Source of the DNA: Nemertoderma westbladi
Taxonomy: Eukaryota > Animalia > Xenacoelomorpha
Direction: 5' to 3'
DNA length: 64,000 nucleotides
Assembly (NCBI GenBank): GCA_032718475.1
Contig: JAUCBJ010008069.1
Location: 56,428-120,427 of the forward strand
Below the pieces are notes generated by a model. That model did no database searches, had not been told where the DNA came from, and saw nothing but the letters and a program-made list of their open reading frames with translations. This document shows positions 1-13,024 of this stretch, piece after piece. A program made the position numbers and the translations under genes. Within the stretch, counting starts at the first letter, position 1, and every line of letters begins with the position of its first letter.

Positions 1-3000
1 ACCAATCTGTTTGTAACTATGAGTGACTGTAAATGAAACCAATCTGTTTGTAACTATGAGTGCCTGTGAATGAAACCAATCTGTTTGTAACTATGAGTGC
101 CTGTGAATGAAACCAATCTGGTTGTAACTATGAGTGCCTGTGAATGAAACCAATCTGGTTGTAACTATGAGTGCCTGTGAATGAAACCAATCTGTTTGTA
201 ACTATGAGTGCCTGTAAATGAAACCAATCTGTTTGTAATTATGAGTGACTGTAAATGAAACCAACCTGTTTGTAACTATGAGTGCCTGTGAATGAAACCA
301 ATCTGGTTGTAACTATGAGTGCCTGTGAATGAAACCAATCTGTTTGTAACTATGAGTGCCTGTAAATGAAACCAATCTGTTTGTAACTATGAGTGACTGT
401 AAATGAAACCAATCTGTTTGTAACTATGAGTGCCTGTGAATGAAACCAATCTGTTTGTAACTATGAGTGCCTGTGAATGAAACCAACCTGTTTGTAACTA
501 TGAGTGCCTGTGAATGAAACCAATCTGGTTGTAACTATGAGTGCCTGTGAATGAAACCAATCTGTTTGTAACTATGAGTGACTGTAAATGAAACCAATCT
601 GTTTGTAACTATGAGTGCCTGTGAATGAAACCAATCTGTTTGTAACTATGAGTGACTGTGAATGAAACCAATCTGTTTGTAACTATGAGTGCCTGTGAAT
701 GAAACCAATATGTTTGTAACTATGAGTGACTGTGAATGAAACCAATCTGTTTGTAACTATGAATGCCTGTGAATGAAACCAATCTGTTTGTAACTATGAA
801 TGCCTGTGAATGAAACCAATCTGTTTGTAACTATGAGTGCCTGTGAATAAAACCAATCTGTTTGTAACTATGAGTGACTGTGAATGAAACCTATCTGTTT
901 GTAACTATGAATGCCTGTGAATGAAACCAATATGTTTGTAACTATGAGTGACTGTGAATGAAACCAATCTGTTTGTAACTATGAGTGCCTGTGAATGAAA
1001 CCAATCTGTTTGTAACTATGAGTGCCTGTGAATGAAACCAATATGTTTGTAACTATGAGTGACTGTGAATGAAACCAATCTGTTTGTAACTATGAGTGCC
1101 TGTGAATGAAACCAATCTGTTTGTAACTATGAGTGCCTGTGAATGAAACCAATCTGTTTGTAACTATGAGTGCCTGTGAATGAAACCAATATGTTTGTAA
1201 CTATGAGTGACTGTGAATGAAACCAATCTGTTTGTAACTATGAGTGCCTGTGAATGAAACCAATCTGTTTGTAACTATGAGTGCCTGTGAATGAAACCAA
1301 TCTGTTTGTAACTATGAGTGCCTGTGAATGAAACCAATCTGTTTGTAACTATGAGTGCCTGTGAATGAAACCAATATGTTTGTAACTATGAGTGACTGTG
1401 AATGAAACCAATATGTTTGTAACTATGAGTGCCTGTGAATGAAACCAACCTGTTTGTAACTATGAGTGCCTGTGAATGAAACCAATTTGTTTGTAACTAT
1501 GAGTGACTGTAAATGAAACCAATCTGTTTGTAACTATGAGTGCCTGTGAATGAAACCAATCTGTTTGTAACTATGAGTGACTGTAAATGAAACCAATCTG
1601 TTTGTAACTATGAGTGCCTGTGAATGAAACCAACCTGTTTGTAACTATGAGTGCCTGTGAATGAAACCAATATGTTTGTAACTATGAGTGACTGTGAATG
1701 AAACCAATATGTTTGTAACTATGAGTGCCTGTGAATGAAACCAATCTGTTTGTAACTATGAGTGCCTGTGAATGAAACCAATCTGGTTGTAACTATGAGT
1801 GCCTGTGAATGAAACCAATATGTTTGTAACTATGAGTGCCAGTGAATGAAACCAATCTGTTTGTAACTATGAGTGCCTGTGAATGAAACCAATCTGTTTG
1901 TAACTATGAGTGCCTGTGAATGAAACCAACCTGTTTGTAACTATGAGTGCCTGTGAATGAAACCAATCTGTTTGTAACTATGAGTGCCTGTGAATGAAAC
2001 CAACCTGTTTGTAACTATGAGTGCCTGTGAATGAAACCAATCTGTTTGTAACTATGAGTGCCTGTGAATGAAACCAATCTGTTTGTAACTATGAGTGCCT
2101 GTGAATGAAACCAATCTGTTTGTAACTATGAGTGCCTGTGAATGAAACCAATCTGTTTGTAACTATGAGTGCCTGTGAATGAAACCAATCTGTTTGTAAC
2201 TATGAGTGCCTGTGAATGAAACCAATCTGTTTGTAACTATGAGTGACTGTAAATGAAACCAATCTGTTTGTAACTATGAGTGCCGGTGAATGAAACCAAT
2301 CTGTTTGTAACTATGAGTGCCTGTGAATGAAACCAATCTGTTTGTAACTATGAGTGCCTGTGAATGAAACCAATCTGTTTGTAACTATGAGTGCCTGTGA
2401 ATGAAACCAATCTGTTTGTAACTATGAGTGACTGTAAATGAAACCAATCTGTTTGCAACTATGAGTGCCGGTGAATGAAACCAATCTGTTTGTAACTATG
2501 AGTGCCTGTGAATGAAACCAATCTGTTTGTAACTATGAGTGCCTGTGAATGAAACCAATCTGTTTGTAACTATGAGTGCCTGTGAATGAAACCAATCTGT
2601 TTGTAACTATGAGTGCCTGTGAATGAAACCAATCTGTTTGTAACTATGAGTGCCTGTGAATGAAACCAATCTGTTTGTAACTATGAGTGCCTGTGAATGA
2701 AACCAATCTGTTTGTAGCTATGAGTGCCTGTGAATGAAACCAATCTGTTTGTAACTATGAGTGCCTGTGAATGAAACCAATCTGTTTGTAACTATGAGTG
2801 CCTGTGAATGAAACCAATCTGTTTGTAACTATGAGTGACTGTGAATGAAACCAATATGTTTGTAACTATGAGTGCCTGTGAATGAAACCAATCTGTTTGT
2901 AACTATGAGTGACTGTAAATGAAACCAATCTGTTTGTAACTATGAGTGCCGGTGAATGAAACCAATCTGTTTGTAACTATGAGTGCCTGTGAATGAAACC

Positions 3001-6000
3001 AATCTGTTTGTAACTATGAGTGCCTGTGAATGAAACCAATCTGTTTGTAACTATGAGTGCCTGTGAATGAAACCAATCTGTTTGTAACTATGAATGCCTG
3101 TGAATGAAACCAACCTGTTTGTAACTATGAGTGCCTGTGAATGAAACCAATCTGTTTGTAACTATGAGTGCCTGTGAATGAAACCAATCTGTTTGTAACT
3201 ATGAGTGCCTGTGAATGAAACCAATCTGGTTGTAACTATGAGTGCCTGTGAATGAAACCAATCTGTTTGTAACTATGAGTGCCTGTGAATGAAACCAATC
3301 TGGTTGTAACTATGATTGCCTGTGAATGAAACCAATCTGTTTGTAACTATGAGTGCCTGTGAATGAAACCAATCTGTTTGTAACTATGAGTGCCTGTGAA
3401 TGAAACCAATCTGTTTGTAACTATGAGTGCCTGTGATTGAAACCAACCTGTTTGTAACTATGAGTGCCTGTGAATGAAACCAATCTGTTTGTAACTATGA
3501 GTGCCTGTGAATGAAACCAACCTGTTTGTAACTATGAGTGCCTGTGAATGAAACCAATCTGTTTGTAACTATGAGTGCCTGTGAATGAAACCAATCTGTT
3601 TGTAACTATGAGTGCCTGTGAATGAAACCAATCTGTTTGTAACTATGAGTGCCTGTGATTGAAACCAACCTGTTTGTAACTATGAGTGCCTGTGATTGAA
3701 ACCAACCTGTTTGTAACTATGAGTGCCTGTGATTGAAACCAACCTGTTTGTAACTATGAGTGCCTGTGAATGAAACCAATCTGTTTGTAACTATGAGTGC
3801 CTGTGAATGAAACCAATCTGTTTGTAACTATGAGTGCCTGTGATTGAAACCAACCTGTTTGTAACTATGAGTGCCTGTGAATGAAACCAATCTGTTTGTA
3901 ACTATGAGTGCCTGTGAATGAAACCAACCTGTTTGTAACTATGAGTGCCTGTGAATGAAACCAATCTGTTTGTAACTATGAGTGCCTGTGAATGAAACCA
4001 ATCTGTTTGTAACTATGAGTGCCTGTGAATGAAACCAATCTGTTTGTAACTATGAGTGCCTGTGATTGAAACCAACCTGTTTGTAACTATGAGTGCCTGT
4101 GATTGAAACCAACCTGTTTGTAACTATGAGTGCCTGTGAATGAAACCAATCTGTTTGTAACTATGAGTGCCTGTGATTGAAACCAACCTGTTTGTAACTA
4201 TGAGTGCCTGTGATTGAAACCAACCTGTTTGTAACTATGAGTGCCTGTGAATGAAACCAACCTGTTTGTAACTATGAGTGCCTGTGAATGAAACCAATCT
4301 GTTTGTAACTATGAGTGCCTGTGAATGAAACCAATCTGTTTGTAACTATGAGTGCCTGTGAATGAAACCAATCTGTTTGTAACTATGAGTGCCTGTGATT
4401 GAAACCAACCTGTTTGTAACTATGAGTGCCTGTGAATGAAACCAATCTGTTTGTAACTATGAGTGCCTGTGAATGAAACCAATCTGTTTGTAACTATGAG
4501 TGCCTGTGAATGAAACCAACCTGTTTGTAACTATGAGTGCCTGTGAATGAAACCAATCTGTTTGTAACTATGAGTGCCTGTGAATGAAACCAATCTGTTT
4601 GTAACTATGAGTGCCTGTGAATGAAACCAATCTGGTTGTAACTATGAGTGCCTGTGAATGAAACCAATCTGTTTGTAACTATGAGTGCCTGTGAATGAAA
4701 CCAATCTGGTTGTAACTATGAGTGCCTGTGAATGAAACCAATCTGTTTGTAACTATGAGTGCCTGTGAATGAAACCAATCTGTTTGTAACTATGAGTGCC
4801 TGTGAATGAAACCAATCTGTTTGTAACTATGAGTGCCTGTGATTGAAACCAACCTGTTTGTAACTATGAGTGCCTGTGAATGAAACCAATCTGTTTGTAA
4901 CTATGAGTGCCTGTGAATGAAACCAACCTGTTTGTAACTATGAGTGCCTGTGAATGAAACCAACCTGTTTGTAACTATGAGTGCCTGTGAATGAAACCAA
5001 TCTGTTTGTAACTATGAGTGCCTGTGAATGAAACCAATCTGTTTGTAACTATGAGTGCCTGTGAATGAAACCAATCTGTTTGTAACTATGAGTGACTGTA
5101 AATGAAACCAATCTGTTTGTAACTATGAGTGACTGTAAATGAAACCAATCTGTTTGTAACTATGAGTGCCTGTGAATGAAACCAACCTGTTTGTAACTAT
5201 GAGTGCCTGTGAATGAAACCAATCTGTTTGTAACTATGAGTGCCTGTGAATGAAACCAATCTGTTTGTAACTATGAGTGACTGTAAATGAAACCAATCTG
5301 TTTGTAACTATGAGTGACTGTAAATGAAACCAATCTGTTTGTAACTATGAGTGCCTGTGAATGAAACCAACCTGTTTGTAACTATGAGTGCCTGTGAATG
5401 AAACCAATCTGTTTGTAACTATGAGTGACTGTAAATGAAACCAATCTGTTTGTAACTATGAGTGCCTGTGAATGAAACCAACCTGTTTGTAACTATGAGT
5501 GCCTGTGAATGAAACCAATCTGTTTGTAACTATGAGTGACTGTAAATGAAACCAATCTGTTTGTAACTATGAGTGCCTGTGAATGAAACCAATATGTTTG
5601 TAACTATGAGTGACTGTAAATGAAACCAATCTGTTTGTAACTATGAGTGCCTGTGAATGAAACCAATCTGTTTGTAACTATGAGTGCCTGTGAATGAAAC
5701 CAATCTGTTTGTAACTATGAGTGACTGTAAATGAAACCAATCTGTTTGTAACTATGAGTGCCTGTGAATGAAACCAACCTGTTTGTAACTATGAGTGCCT
5801 GTGAATGAAACCAATCTGTTTGTAACTATGAGTGACTGTAAATGAAACCAATCTGTTTGTAACTATGAGTGCCTGTGAATGAAACCAACCTGTTTGTAAC
5901 TATGAGTGCCTGTGATTGAAACCAACCTGTTTGTAACTATGAGTGCCTGTGAATGAAACCAATCTGTTTGTAACTATGAGTGCCTGTGATTGAAACCAAC

Positions 6001-6418
6001 CTGTTTGTAACTATGAGTGCCTGTGAATGAAACCAATCTGTTTGTAACTATGAGTGCCTGTGAATGAAACCAATCTGTTTGTAACTATGAGTGCCTGTGA
6101 ATGAAACCAATCTGTTTGTAACTATGAGTGCCTGTGAATGAAACCAATCTGTTTGTAACTATGAGTGACTGTAAATGAAACCAATCTGTTTGTAACTATG
6201 AGTGCCTGTGAATGAAACCAACCTGTTTGTAACTATGAGTGCCTGTGAATGAAACCAACCTGTTTGTAACTATGAGTGCCTGTGAATGAAACCAATCTGT
6301 TTGTAACTATGAGTGCCTGTGAATGAAACCAATCTGTTTGTAACTATGAGTGCCTGTGAATGAAACCAACCTGTTTGTAACTATGAGTGCCTGTGAATGA
6401 AACCAACCTGGTTGTAAC
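1..6418. repeat. 37-bp tandem satellite (~173 units in window; continues past left edge), intronic in the ACE-like gene
   Basis: Head-to-tail units of ACCAATCTGTTTGTAACTATGAGTGCCTGTGAATGAA with few substitutions, no spacers; ends at ...CCAACCTGGTTGTAAC 6418. Confidence 0.99.
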
Positions 6419-6489
6419 GGACGGCAGTCACCCTCCTCGAAACATAATTTCGCTTCGCTATAAATAGTTTCCATATCCGAAACAATCCG
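6408..6489 (-). CDS. ACE: ACE-like peptidyl-dipeptidase (M2) coding exon 5: RIVSDMETIYSEAKLCFEEGDCRPLQP(G)
   Basis: ttgcag| acceptor, CCAG|gttggt donor, phase 0->1; matches the ACE segment 'ILLDMETTYSVATVC..GSCLQLEPD'. Confidence 0.9.
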
Positions 6490-6660
6490 CTGCAAGTCAA
6501 ATCGAAAAAGTTTATTAAAAATCAATGAGTTTCATTCCAACTAACTATAATAATATAATTTTCAAGGTACTTACATTTTGTTCTACAATGTTTATGTTAC
6601 AATGTTTTCATATATGTGAACTGAATAGCAACAGTTATATTATTATTGAGTTTTCTTTAC

Positions 6661-6701
6661 CTGAAATTCATCATAGTCTGAAGATGTGAGATACGCCGGA
6701 C
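6661..6701 (-). CDS. ACE: ACE-like coding exon 4 (41 nt): (G)PAYLTSSDYDEFQ
   Basis: ccttttcag| acceptor, CAG|gtaaag donor; phase 1->0 joins exons 3 and 5 in frame; aligns to ACE 'ERAALPAQELEEYN'. Confidence 0.88.
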
Positions 6702-7992
6702 CTGAAAAGGTTAGTTACAAAAATTAAATAATAAAGAAAGGGAGGCCTGAACCCAAACGTCCAAGAGGAATAATCTACCACTTCAATACAAAACAATAAG
6801 TAAAGTTTTCATCTGCTGTTAGGGTCTGGTATTATTTATTACGCCCGAAGTCTTTATTTACAGTGCGGAGTGCGGCCGGCCCCCAAGAACTATACTCCTC
6901 ATAGGAAATGGCTGTCGCTACCATTTAAATTAATGGTTGGAAAGGCTCACTTTGAGAAGCTTCTGAGTGACAGTGAAAGGGTATTGGATGTCAACTTTGA
7001 GGTACATCGTGTATCTGAGTCGGTGCATTTGTGCATTGCATTGGTGACATCTCTTTTGCTGAAATAAAGTAGAGGTACCAATCTTGCCAGTAGTGGAGTG
7101 GATGGCGTGCCCTGAGGTCTTAAAAATTCCTTAGTGTTTGGAACTCATTCTTCCAATTATTGTGGATATGTATCGGACTAATATATTCACAATGGATTGA
7201 ACCACCAACGCCAAGGTGGTACCTTTGTTTACTGGAATACGATATTATTATTTTCCAGATTAATCCTAGACTATTTCGTGCCCAACAACTATTTACTTCA
7301 AGTCTAAAAAAATATCACTTTATATTACTACATTGCAGTATGAGGAGTTTTCAATTCCAGCGCCAGATGGGGGTTGTAATGGAGGTGATTACTTTATTCT
7401 AATACATAAATAATAAATTAAGGATTTATTTTAACTTTTTAAAATTGAATGTTAAGCATTAAATTAACTGTACAACTAAATTGATTGTGTATTCTTAATA
7501 TTGTAATTTTATTGTATTTATTAATTAAATTAATTGTATTACTTTGGTACCATATTTGCTATAAGATAAGTTATTATAAATACAGTACATTATAATAAGT
7601 ATTGTGCTACTTTCACATACCAGTACACAGGTAATTCCTGCTTAAAGTGTATAATTATACTGGCAGTGTGTTATATATGTATGCTACTGTATATATACTG
7701 GCATACTAGCAGTGTAGTACTGTAGGACAAAGATTGTAGACTTGATGACCCTATGCTGATGAACAGATAATGAAAGTATTTCGTACGTAATGTTCATGGT
7801 GTACCGGTTATGGGCATATACTGTAATTCATTGTCATTGTCTTTGCTGAGGACACTATGTAAAAGTCCTCGGACGAAATAACAGTTACTCGTACAAAATA
7901 ACAAGTACAGTAGGCCTACAGTAACAACAGTTCAATAAAGATAGATTAGCATGTTAGTAAAACGAGTGGGTCCTGTAACTATGGTAACTCAC

Positions 7993-8113
7993 CTACGTCG
8001 CGAATAATCCTGAACTGTCGTTGTATATCTGGATTCATCGCCGATGTATCAAACTTTTTAGATTCTATAGCCATATTGCGACTAAATTCTCCCGAAATTA
8101 AACTCACCTCCAG
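7993..8113 (-). CDS. ACE: ACE-like coding exon 3: LEVSLISGEFSRNMAIESKKFDTSAMNPDIQRQFRIIRDV(G)
   Basis: tttattag| acceptor, GTAG|gtgagt donor, 121 nt, phase 0->1; aligns to ACE '[25 protein letters not shown]'. Confidence 0.88.
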
Positions 8114-8405
8114 CTAATAAACAAAGTAACAGATAAATAGAGTTCAGGCAAAAGCACCACCTGTTAGACGCATGTTTACTGCACATTAGTACCGGTAGTG
8201 TATTCGTATTGTACAGAATGTTACCCACGTGTATGCCTACTGACAAAAAAATACAATACGCGCACATATACCAATACACACATACACAATTACACATACA
8301 CAATACACAATACCAATATCCATTTAAACCATGCAGGCGGGCGCAAACACAACTGCAAGCCTACGCCTACCTCTCTTTAATTTTTCTAACCAGGAGGGGT
8401 GTGTA

Positions 8406-9368
8406 CCGGTGTAACAGCGGAATCTAAACTGCGGACGAGTAGGAAGCAGGGAAGAGAATACTGTTGCTGAGTTGGATAGCGCTGATCGATCATTGGATGT
8501 ATACGCATCGATGCTGGGAAACAGGACGAGGAGGGGGAAGAATTAAACTAATAATTATAGTTCATGAGTTTCCAGATATCATTTGGTTTGTATTTCGTTT
8601 AATTCTACATATAAATGAAATAGATTAAATAAAAAAGAAACACCTGTTTAAATATCGGAAATCTGAAAAGTTCGATTGGTTATTATTATGATTTATTATA
8701 CTCTATTACTACTCTATTATGACAATGATTAGCTCAAATAAGGGCTTCCGTACCGATAGACTGATAGAAGGCAGGAAGGCATATTCAATAGCTCAACTCA
8801 GTGACCGAAGATCGCTGAAGAAATAAAATGAAACTGGAAATAAAATTCACTATCTCAATGACACACGGACTGACACTTACAGACTACATCAAGCATACTG
8901 CCTGACAGACAAATGCAAAACACTACGGTACTGTTGACTTGACAATAATCGTATCTCATCTGGACCAATCATTAAACAGTATTCACCTAAGCGTATGCAT
9001 AATGTATAGGTACGTGGATGCGGACGCACATACGTGGATATACGAAGTGGAAAAGTTTAACACAAAGTTATACTATCATATTTATTACAGTTACAGTATT
9101 ACAAATATTACTATCATATTTTCTCATCTATTATATTCTATTATATTTCTGAATCCGCTGTTACACCGGTACTGTATCATTTACTTTACAATAAGGAAAG
9201 GAGCAATAGTCTGGCAGTGTATGTATAATTTATTGCAATAACATTGGAGAACAAATCCGAGAACGTGGACCAAATCCGCTAGCAGATTTGGTCCGGGGGG
9301 ACTAAATCCGAAAGCAGGTCCTGTCCGGGAGGACCGATACTTGGGGACTGAATCCGCTGTTACACCGG
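8406..9368. mobile_element. Non-autonomous TA-flanked TIR element (MITE), TIR CCGGTGTAACAGCGGA; two right-hand TIR copies
   Basis: TA|CCGGTGTAACAGCGGA at 8406; inverted TCCGCTGTTACACCGG|TA ending at 9169 and again at 9368; internal GGACC/TAAATCCG subrepeats at 9250-9360. Confidence 0.7.
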
Positions 9369-10508
9369 TACCGGTATACAGTAGGCGTACTATGTACTAC
9401 ATTAATTAAACGCTCATTGTGATCTATTGATGTGGTACTGGTGGCATGCATGCGCTATTCGCTGGTTGGCTGGTATATATTTGTGTTGTACCAAATTTAA
9501 AACTACTAAGAACACAATTGCGGAACCACTCACTATGTATCATTAATCATTCATTATTAAATTACTTTTACACTGGTCTTACTGTATTATACAATATTTT
9601 ATTTTCAAGTCGGCGTAAAATACGCCGTGAAAAATGCAAACTCAATGATGAGCAATTGGTGCTATATATCACGGCGTAAAATAAAGTGACAGTATTCTTT
9701 CAGTATGACTGTACCGTATGATTTTGCTGTAACGCTGAGGTAGGCCTAACATTAAGTCATTCATCACAGATGCAGGCAGCACAAGATGCATACACGATGC
9801 AAGGAGCACACGCTAAGTTGTTACCGGTATAATAATAATATACGATATCTAAATAATAAATTGGTTATTATTATTATTTATTATTAAATTAATAAATATA
9901 ATTAATATTATAATAAAATTAATTGGCTTGTCGGAGGAAATAAATAATAATGATAATAACCAATCTAATTAAATAAAACTTCGATACTTCAAATGAAACG
10001 ACATTCAGATATTCGTTTTAGATAAAGTAGGCCATCACCTGTATTTCACTTTTAGGCTCTCGTTCCATATTTCACTCACTCCCTTACTCTCATTCGGAGA
10101 CAGGGGGAGAAACTCGACGCAAAACCCGCCTTGGCGAATTAATATCCCGCCTCAATGTTAATTTCTCAATTTAGGGAAAAGAGCAGGTTACAGTCGCACG
10201 TTATTTTAACCAAAACAATAAACTAATCACAATAGAACAGGTTACAGTTTTATTTTTGAAAGTAATTTATTTGCGTCGAATTTCCCTTGTAGAGGGATGA
10301 ATTTTTATTGCGTCCATCCCCCCCCCCCCCCCCCCCCCCCCTATCTGCTCATTCGTGGAAGTATTCCCACTCGAGAGGCGGGTGAAATACAGTGCTACTT
10401 TATTTAAATGGAATATATAGTTATTATTTGGGACGGACATAACGTAGAATGGGATACAATAATAATAATAGGTACTATAGATAAGAACTTTATCCTAGAA
10501 AACCTCAC

Positions 10509-10649
10509 CATAATTTGCTGGTTATGAGCAGTTATGTTCGTGTTGTAATTCCAGGCAGCCAACTGAAGGACCTCGCTGTGCTTTGCTCCCTTCACATTGT
10601 AAACTTCAAGGAACTCCAATGCCTCTGTTTCATTAGTATTATCATTATC
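10509..10649 (-). CDS. ACE: ACE-like coding exon 2: DNDNTNETEALEFLEVYNVKGAKHSEVLQLAAWNYNTNITAHNQQIM
   Basis: ttttcaatcag| acceptor, ATG|gtgagg donor, 141 nt, phase 0->0; contains the ACE hallmark 'A.WNYNTNIT'. Confidence 0.93.
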
Positions 10650-10895
10650 CTGATTGAAAAAAAATACTCATATAAAATATTATTATGTTTCCTAGGAAAA
10701 TGTATGTACTGTAGAAGTTTCTTACGGTAGTGAAAGTCTTCCAACAAAAACCTGAAACTAAACTCAAAACAGTAAACTATTACCGGATTCGGCTATGGGC
10801 TGTTACTTATTTCCAATTACAAGTGTGTGATCCATTTCAGAAAATATTTTCGTAAAGTTTATACTTTCAAGTTTCAATTAGAAGGAAATGATATG

Positions 10896-12891
10896 TACGT
10901 GGCTGAATGTGGCCAATTTCATTAATTTTTAAAATGGGAAATATAAAAAGAAATTAATGAAATAGAATTCAGCTGAGAATATAAATTAATGAAATAGAAT
11001 TCAACCAGAAAATAAATAATTAAATATAATTAAACCAGAATAGAAATTAATGAAATATAATTCAACCAGAAAATAAATTAATGGAATAATGGAATATAAT
11101 TCAGCTCAGAAAATATATTAATGAAATATAATTCAAACATTTTGGAGGGAAATTTGAAATACTGACACTGTGCAGTGCAGTAAATTGACTAGTTCTGTAT
11201 GTGAGCGTACCTCCAGTTTCTTTACTTTTAATGCGTTAAGCTGAAACTTGGCAGATTTGTAGTAGACCAATGGCTTTCGTTTAAAGGAGGCAATCCGTCT
11301 GCAGTTCTCTAGTCTGCCGCTAGAAGGCGAAATATCTGAAGTTGAAATCCTTTGACCCATTATGTTATTTATGACCCGTTCAAGCTGAAACTTGTGAGAT
11401 ACTGTATGTGCTAGAACACAACCTGTGTCTTTGTGGGGTCGATAATCAGTCTGCAGTTTTCCAGTCTGTACGCGAAATATCTGGAAATGAAAAACTTCCT
11501 TCGTTTCCTTGACTTTAATCCGTTAAAGCTCAAACTTGGCATGGCATAAATCGTTGGTTCCATTTTGAAACCAAAATTTTTGCCGATTTTAATTTTGATT
11601 TTAATTTAATTTCTTCAAGTTGAAATGTATTCTGAATCCGATTAACCCACGTATAAATCAGGGAAAAAGGATTATAAATAATAATATGGCTGCACTAGCG
11701 GTAGAGTGGAGAACTGCTGAGATCCCTCAGCCGTCCCAACAAAGACGCAGCCTATGCCTATGGATGGTCGACGTTCTAGCATGTATATCTGCCAAGTTTC
11801 AGCTTGAACGGGTCATAAATAACATAATGGGTCAAAGGATTTCAATTTCAGATATTTCGCCTTCTAGCGGCAGACTAGAGAACTGCAGACGGATTGCCTC
11901 CTTTAAACGAAACAGCGCTATTGGTCTACTACAAATCTGCCAAGTTTCAGCTTAACGCATTAAAGGCAAAGAAACTGGAGGTACGCTCACATGGTAGGTG
12001 CTAAAATGCACAACGAGCAACAATGATTAACAACGAGCAACAATGACCCAGAATGAGCAACAACGACCAACAATGAGCAACAACGACCAACAATGAGCAA
12101 CAACGAGCAACAATGAGCAACAACGAGCAACAATGACCCAGAATGAGCAACAACGACCAACAATGAGCAACAACGAGCAACAATGAGCAACAACGAGCAA
12201 CAACGAGCAACAATGAGCAACAACGAGCAACAATGAGCAACAATGAGCAACAATGAGCAACAACGACCAACAATGAGCAACAACGAGCAACAATGAGCAA
12301 CAACGAGCATGAATTAGCAACAACGAGCAATAATGAGCAACAACGAGCAATAATGAGCAACAACGAGCACCAATGAGCAACAACGAGCAACAACGAGCAA
12401 GAATGAACAACAATTACGCAATTTAGAAATGGTGAGCTACAAATGTACTTAATAAGCCCAAAGATATCTTCTTAGAAATTAACGTATTTAAAAAATACAA
12501 TTTTATTGGAAATGTAATTTTTTTAAGTAAAAAAGCTCGTTGTTGTAGTTTATTATTGCTCTTTGTTGCTCATTGTTGCTCGTTGTTGTACTTTATCATG
12601 GCTCGTTGTTGCTCATTGTTACTCATTGTTGCTCATTGTTGGTCAATGTTGCTCGTTGTGCATTTTAGCACCTACCCGCTTACATACATAACTGGAAAAT
12701 TTATTGCACTGCGCAGTGCCAGTATTTCAAATTTCCCTCCAAAATGCTTGAATTATATTTCATTAATTTATTTTCTGGTTGAATTATATTCCATTAATTT
12801 AAATTCTCACCTGAATTATATTTCATTAATTTATTTTTATATTATTTCCCATTTTAAAAATTAATTAAAATGGCCACATTCAGCCACCGTA
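10896..12891. mobile_element. Foldback (long inverted-arm) non-autonomous DNA transposon, IS3EU-like termini, in ACE intron 1
   Basis: Termini TACG(G)TGGCTGAATGTGGCCA ... TGGCCACATTCAGCCACCGTA; arm ~10896-11420 is inverted at ~11770-11992 plus 12686-12891; ~31-bp AT-rich subterminal repeats; candidate 6-bp TSD degenerate (GATATG/CGTATG). Confidence 0.8.
11993..12676. mobile_element. Mutator(MULE)-like MITE nested in the foldback element; internal (CAACGAGCAA/CAATGAGCAA)n 10-bp repeats
   Basis: TIR GGTAGGTGCTAAAATGCACAACGAGCAAC ... GTTGCTCGTTGTGCATTTTAGCACCTACC; 9-bp TSD CGCTCACAT (11984-11992)/CGCTTACAT (12677-12685); removing it restores the host arm. Confidence 0.8.
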
Positions 12892-12961
12892 CGTATGGCA
12901 TATATATAGCCTACTGCATAACCTACATGTACTATAACATGACTACTGGTAAACAACTTAC

Positions 12962-13024
12962 CGCGGTGGCAACATTGCCGATGACAATAAGAACAATCAG
13001 ACGGCAACAAATTGACAAATACAT
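12962..13024 (-). CDS. ACE: ACE-like coding exon 1, signal peptide MYLSICCRLIVLIVIGNVATA
   Basis: ATG with upstream in-frame TAG; hydrophobic core ending A-T-A; GCG|gtaagt donor, phase 0, in frame with exon 2. Confidence 0.82.

Noticed and set aside
1-6418. 37-bp repeats as a CRISPR array
   Set aside because: No unique spacers, no cas genes, eukaryotic spliced-gene context; it is a head-to-tail satellite.
6790-7400. GC-richer intronic stretch with short ORFs (6870-7067, 7160-7402), possible retroelement relic
   Set aside because: No recognisable motif in the frames I translated; cannot assign.
7750-7880. CTGATGA...GAAA and CTGAGGA...CGAAA as hammerhead ribozymes
   Set aside because: Stems II/III do not form correctly around the core; the second is just a hairpin (CTGAGGAC/GTCCTCGG).
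10038-10394. Possible degenerate MITE (CTGTATTTCAC ... GTGAAATACAG) with poly-C tract
   Set aside because: Only ~11-bp inverted match and no TSD; insufficient support.
11133-11955. Two near-identical ORFs MGQRIS.. on opposite strands
   Set aside because: By-product of the inverted arms of the foldback element; no protein motif.
11987-12864. Cys/Leu-rich LLIVARCCS ORFs
   Set aside because: Translations of a 10-bp repeat open in all three frames inside a MITE.
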